Shown: positions 60,803-64,000 of the stretch, one piece after another | How positions within the stretch are numbered: the first letter of the stretch is position 1 | Layout of the letters: each line of letters opens with the position of its first letter | NCBI GenBank assembly: GCA_040901675.1 | Contig: JBBDYJ010000038.1 | Span: 96,001 to 160,000 of the forward strand | Length of the DNA: 64,000 nt | From: Pirellulales bacterium | GTDB lineage: Bacteria > Planctomycetota > Planctomycetia > Pirellulales > JAICIG01 | Direction: 5' to 3' | The notes under the pieces: model-generated | Database searches by the model: none | Seen by the model: only the letters and a program-made list of their open reading frames with translations | What the model was told of the DNA's origin: nothing | Position numbers and translations under genes: made by a program

Positions 60803-60831
60803 TTGAAATCCGTGGGCTGCCGTCCTATAAA
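60803..60831 (+). promoter_or_regulatory. tRNA promoter
   Basis: TTGAAA-N17-TATAAA, 12 bp before the tRNA. Confidence 0.55.
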
Positions 60832-60843
60832 TGGTGTTTGAGA

Positions 60844-60928
60844 GCCGAAGTGGCGGAATTGGCAGACGCGCCAGGTTCAGGACCTGGTTCCCGTAAAGGG
60901 AGTGGAGGTTCAAGTCCTCTCTTCGGCA
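60844..60928 (+). tRNA. tRNA-Leu(CAG), CCA not encoded
   Basis: Acceptor GCCGAAG/CTTCGGC, D-loop GGCAGAC, anticodon arm CCAGG-TTCAGGA-CCTGG, long variable arm and T-loop GTTCAAG. Confidence 0.95.
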
Positions 60929-61089
60929 CTCGTTCTTCCTTCCCGGTTCGCCCGGTCTTGCGGGGCTCTCCCCGCGTTCTGGGGGGCAGCCAAGGTTTTT
61001 GCACTGCGGCGAAAGCCGCCGCAGTTCCGGCGGCCGCGGGCCTCTGGGTAGCTAGACTTCGACCAGCTTTCTTCGGAGGATTTTGACTT

Positions 61090-61278
61090 ATGGCAAAAGT
61101 AAGTCCCTGGCATTCGATCGAGCCGTCGGACCCGCAGGTCTATCACGACGACACGAGTTGCAAGACGGGCAGCGCGATCCAGACGATCAATCGTCGCGGC
61201 GGCACCGGCAACAAGCCTCGCTGCCAGCAGTGCGCCGGCATCGTGAGCAAGCCGCCTGAGAAGACCTCCCCGTATTGA
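61090..61278 (+). CDS. Small His/Cys putative zinc-binding protein
   Basis: RBS GGAGGA; VYHDDTSC...RCQQC. Confidence 0.65.
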   Translation: MAKVSPWHSIEPSDPQVYHDDTSCKTGSAIQTINRRGGTGNKPRCQQCAGIVSKPPEKTSPY

Positions 61279-61340
61279 GCTGGAATTAGCCACCGTCGAA
61301 TGCGGATCAGTGCGAACCGGGCAACCGGGCACACGGTGCC

Positions 61341-63647
61341 TCATCGCTCGGCGTCACCGGGGGCCTGGGCCTGATATTGCTCGAGACGCTGGCGGATGGT
61401 GCGAAGCAACGCCGGGTCGGCCGGCTGGCTCTTCTCGGCGACAACAAGGGCTTTTTGGGCGGTGGCGGCGGCCTTGTCGAAATCGCCCGCGTCGGCATAC
61501 GAGTTGGCCAGAATGCTGAGAGCGTCCAGGCTCCCGTAACGCGTCAGTTCGGCGGCCCGCAGAGCGTGAGGCAGCGCCTCCTCGGGTCGCCCTTCGTGGT
61601 TGAGGGCCATCGCCAGACGCTGCAAAGCCTCAACGTTGTTCGGGTCGATCACCAGCGCCTCCCGAAACCGCTCGGCCGCCTCCGGCATGCGATTCAGCGC
61701 ACCCAACGCCAGACCCATGTTGACGTTGATCTTGGCGCTAAAGGGCTCGACCTCGTCGGCCAGCCGGTAGGCCTCGATCGCTTCGGTGTGCCGGCCGTCG
61801 AGATAAGCCAGCCAGCCGAGCATCGAGTGGCCATAGGCATCGTCCGGATCGTGAGCGGCCACCGCCTGCAATGATGCGATTGCCTCAGCTTTTTTGCCCA
61901 GCGTGGCATACAGAGTGCCCAGCCGGCCGCGGGCCGCCGCCATGTCGGGCTTGGCGCGCAAGACCGCTTCCAGTTTTTCTTTCGCCTCCGGAAAACTGGG
62001 CGGGCCCGCGGCCATCAGCCGCACGGCCGCCGTCATGTCGGCGTCGAGCTTCACCTGGATGGCCACGGTCTCGTTGAGCTTGTCGCGCGTGACCGCGTCG
62101 TCCTGGTGCCGCAAGGACTCGCGGTAGGCGGCGATGGCGGCCAGGAAGCGGTATTCGCCCAGCAAGCGTTCGGCCTCGGCCAGCCAATGGGCAGCCACGG
62201 CCGCTTCCAGGCGACCCGCCTCGGCGCGGCTTGGGTCATTGTCCTGCGTGCGATGCCAGGCCAACAGCACTTCCTGGCGTGCCGTGGGATGGACCGCGAT
62301 CTTGTGGTCATGCCGCGAGATCAAGGGAACGTAGTCTTCTTCCTTGGTGTTGAACCAGATATTGTTCGCGGCCCGCTGGGGCATGTGACAATCGATGCAC
62401 TGATCGCGGACCGCTTCGGGCAGGTTTGGGCGGTCGCCACAATGGTCCGGCTGGTGGCATACGAGGCACGACTTGAGAATCGAGCCGGAGTTGCTCGGTC
62501 CCTCGGGCTGGTGGGGATCGTGGCAGGTGGTGCAGGTGAGCGTCTCGCTAGCCTGAAAGCACTTACTCTCGCGGAGGTATTCCACCTGGTTGGCCGTATG
62601 ATCGTGCTCGGGGCGCTTGGCGACGTCCGACCGGAAGTAGTCGTCGAGCGGCTCCCCCGGCCGGTAGGTGAAAGGGGTGGCGCGGTGCTTGTTGGCATTG
62701 CTGTGGCACTGCGAGCAGATGTCGAGTTGGCGATCGCGCGATAGATTGGGCGGATAAACAATGGCCTCGCCCTTTTCGGCCTTGGGATCAGCTTCGTGAA
62801 AGGCGACGTGCTCGCGGCCGGGACCGTGGCAGCGTTCGCAGGTGACGCCCAGGATGAAGTTGTGCCGGTCGTACTTGTTGGGTGTGCCGGGAACGTGCCC
62901 GAACCAGGTGGTGTGGCACTCCAGGCAGCGCGGGAGCGTGGGCCGCGAAAAGTCGGCCGCGCCATCGATGTAGCCCGGCGCGCTGATCCAGCTTTCCAGC
63001 GGGTACATCCAGGCGATCGGCAACTGGTGGAGTTGATCGCCGTGCCAATAGTGATAGATCTCGTCGCCCGCGCCGCCGCCGTACACCAGGGCAATCTCTT
63101 GCGACATCCGCTCTTCGCCGTCTGGAGTATCGCGGATAGCGGTCTGAGTGAACTTGCCGCCCTGGCTCGTCATTTCGAACCGCAGGGCCGGATTGCGGGT
63201 AGTGAGCGTGCCCTGTCCAGCCTTGAACCCGGCAGGCATGTCGCCCGCTTGCGGCAGCCGGCTGGTGCGGAAGTGCCGCGTGGTTTCGAACTCCGCCACC
63301 CGCTCGGCATGGCAGGCGGCGCAGGCCTGGCTGCCAAGATAGTCGGTCTGGGCGACTGGCTTCTCCAGGGCACTCGGCCCGGCAGCTTCGCCAGTCGGCT
63401 GGCTGTTGTCGCGGCTCGGCCGGCCGTTGTCCTTGCGCGGCAGGCTCTTCTCTGCATCCTGGGAGCTGTTATCGCCGCTCGGACGGGCAGCCACGGCCGG
63501 TTCCGATTGGCCCCACCACCACCAGGCCGCCGCCGCCGTCACGCAGACGCCCAGCCCAACGGCGATGCAAATCACGGCTACCGGCAGAGGCGAGCGAATC
63601 GCCGACGGCCCGAGATCATTTGGCCGCTGCGAAGTCGGGTTTTCCAT
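61341..63647 (-). CDS. Multiheme cytochrome c (7 CxxCH) with C-terminal TPR repeats
   Basis: CAACH, CLECH, CERCH, CSQCH, CTTCH, CLVCH and CIDCH; N-terminal TM; TPR tail. Confidence 0.88.
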   Translation of the reverse strand: MENPTSQRPNDLGPSAIRSPLPVAVICIAVGLGVCVTAAAAWWWWGQSEPAVAARPSGDNSSQDAEKSLPRKDNGRPSRDNSQPTGEAAGPSALEKPVAQTDYLGSQACAACHAERVAEFETTRHFRTSRLPQAGDMPAGFKAGQGTLTTRNPALRFEMTSQGGKFTQTAIRDTPDGEERMSQEIALVYGGGAGDEIYHYWHGDQLHQLPIAWMYPLESWISAPGYIDGAADFSRPTLPRCLECHTTWFGHVPGTPNKYDRHNFILGVTCERCHGPGREHVAFHEADPKAEKGEAIVYPPNLSRDRQLDICSQCHSNANKHRATPFTYRPGEPLDDYFRSDVAKRPEHDHTANQVEYLRESKCFQASETLTCTTCHDPHQPEGPSNSGSILKSCLVCHQPDHCGDRPNLPEAVRDQCIDCHMPQRAANNIWFNTKEEDYVPLISRHDHKIAVHPTARQEVLLAWHRTQDNDPSRAEAGRLEAAVAAHWLAEAERLLGEYRFLAAIAAYRESLRHQDDAVTRDKLNETVAIQVKLDADMTAAVRLMAAGPPSFPEAKEKLEAVLRAKPDMAAARGRLGTLYATLGKKAEAIASLQAVAAHDPDDAYGHSMLGWLAYLDGRHTEAIEAYRLADEVEPFSAKINVNMGLALGALNRMPEAAERFREALVIDPNNVEALQRLAMALNHEGRPEEALPHALRAAELTRYGSLDALSILANSYADAGDFDKAAATAQKALVVAEKSQPADPALLRTIRQRLEQYQAQAPGDAER

Positions 63648-63841
63648 GCTTAAGCCGATAACACGCCAAGAGCGCCCCGAATACTCGTTTATAGCCCAAG
63701 AGGCGCGCGGCTGCCAGCGGCGTGCAGCCGGAGGGGTGAGCTGGGCAATGCCGAAATGGCTTTCGACTGGGAACTGGGGCACGCTTATCGCTTTGCCCCA
63801 GGCACCCGGCGGTACGCCCCGTGCAAGAAAGACGGCCCCGA

Positions 63842-64000
63842 TCACACCAGCTCCGCGATCACCCGGCCGGTGCTGATGGCCAGCGGGCGGTTCAACTGAT
63901 CGTGGATCTCGAGGCCGGCGTCGAGCCCCAGGCAGTGGTACATGGTGGCGTGAACGTCGACCGGATCGACGGGGTGCGAGCGCGGGAAGGCGGCGATCTT
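63842..64000 (-). CDS. DUF1501-like protein, C-terminal end (partial)
   Basis: Translated by hand: KIAAFPRSHPVDPVDVHATMYHCLGLD...DQLNRPLAISTGRVIAELV*. Confidence 0.7.
   Translation of the reverse strand, partial: KIAAFPRSHPVDPVDVHATMYHCLGLDAGLEIHDQLNRPLAISTGRVIAELV

Noticed and set aside
60844..60928. tRNA-Leu as the integration site for the 40-60 kb accessory block
   Set aside because: I saw no integrase and no duplicate of the tRNA 3' end, and a rhodanese gene plus REPs lie between the block and the tRNA.

Overview
This is a high-GC bacterial window, most likely from a planctomycete (Pirellulales-like). That call rests on DUF1501, DUF1549/DUF1553-cytochrome c, a DUF1559 prepilin-like gene, DUF1573 and an 'RLEQMEPRRLLA' export motif. 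From left to right it holds: the end of a nonulosonic-acid/surface-polysaccharide locus; an Xre-HTH/IrrE-type peptidase plus PIN-domain gene pair; PolX-PHP and a DRG-like GTPase; an acyl-CoA dehydrogenase; a 977-bp transposase-less element with perfect 22-bp terminal inverted repeats; ispD-tyrS; a hybrid sensor kinase; DUF1501/PSD1; lpdA-sucB-sucA; a WD40 protein; a large SdrD-B/FG-GAP surface protein; and a CCA-adding enzyme. A roughly 20-kb accessory block follows (about 39-60 kb) that looks lower in GC by eye. It carries a DUF1559 gene, 3 GT-C and 3 GT2 glycosyltransferases, 2 methyltransferases, a membrane spermidine-synthase-like protein, an 8-Cys secreted small protein, DUF1573, a MauE-thioredoxin fusion and a ParB/degenerate-MTase gene. 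The window ends with rhodanese, tRNA-Leu(CAG) and a multiheme-TPR protein. Several REP-like palindrome families and 7-8-mer tandem repeats are scattered throughout, and some sit in frame inside genes. The best candidates for an undescribed system are (1) the putative disulfide-folding and glycosylation cluster around the Cys-rich secreted protein, (2) the HTH-IrrE/PIN stress-triggered toxin module and (3) coding-region REP insertions. All calls come from motif recognition only; no searches were run.
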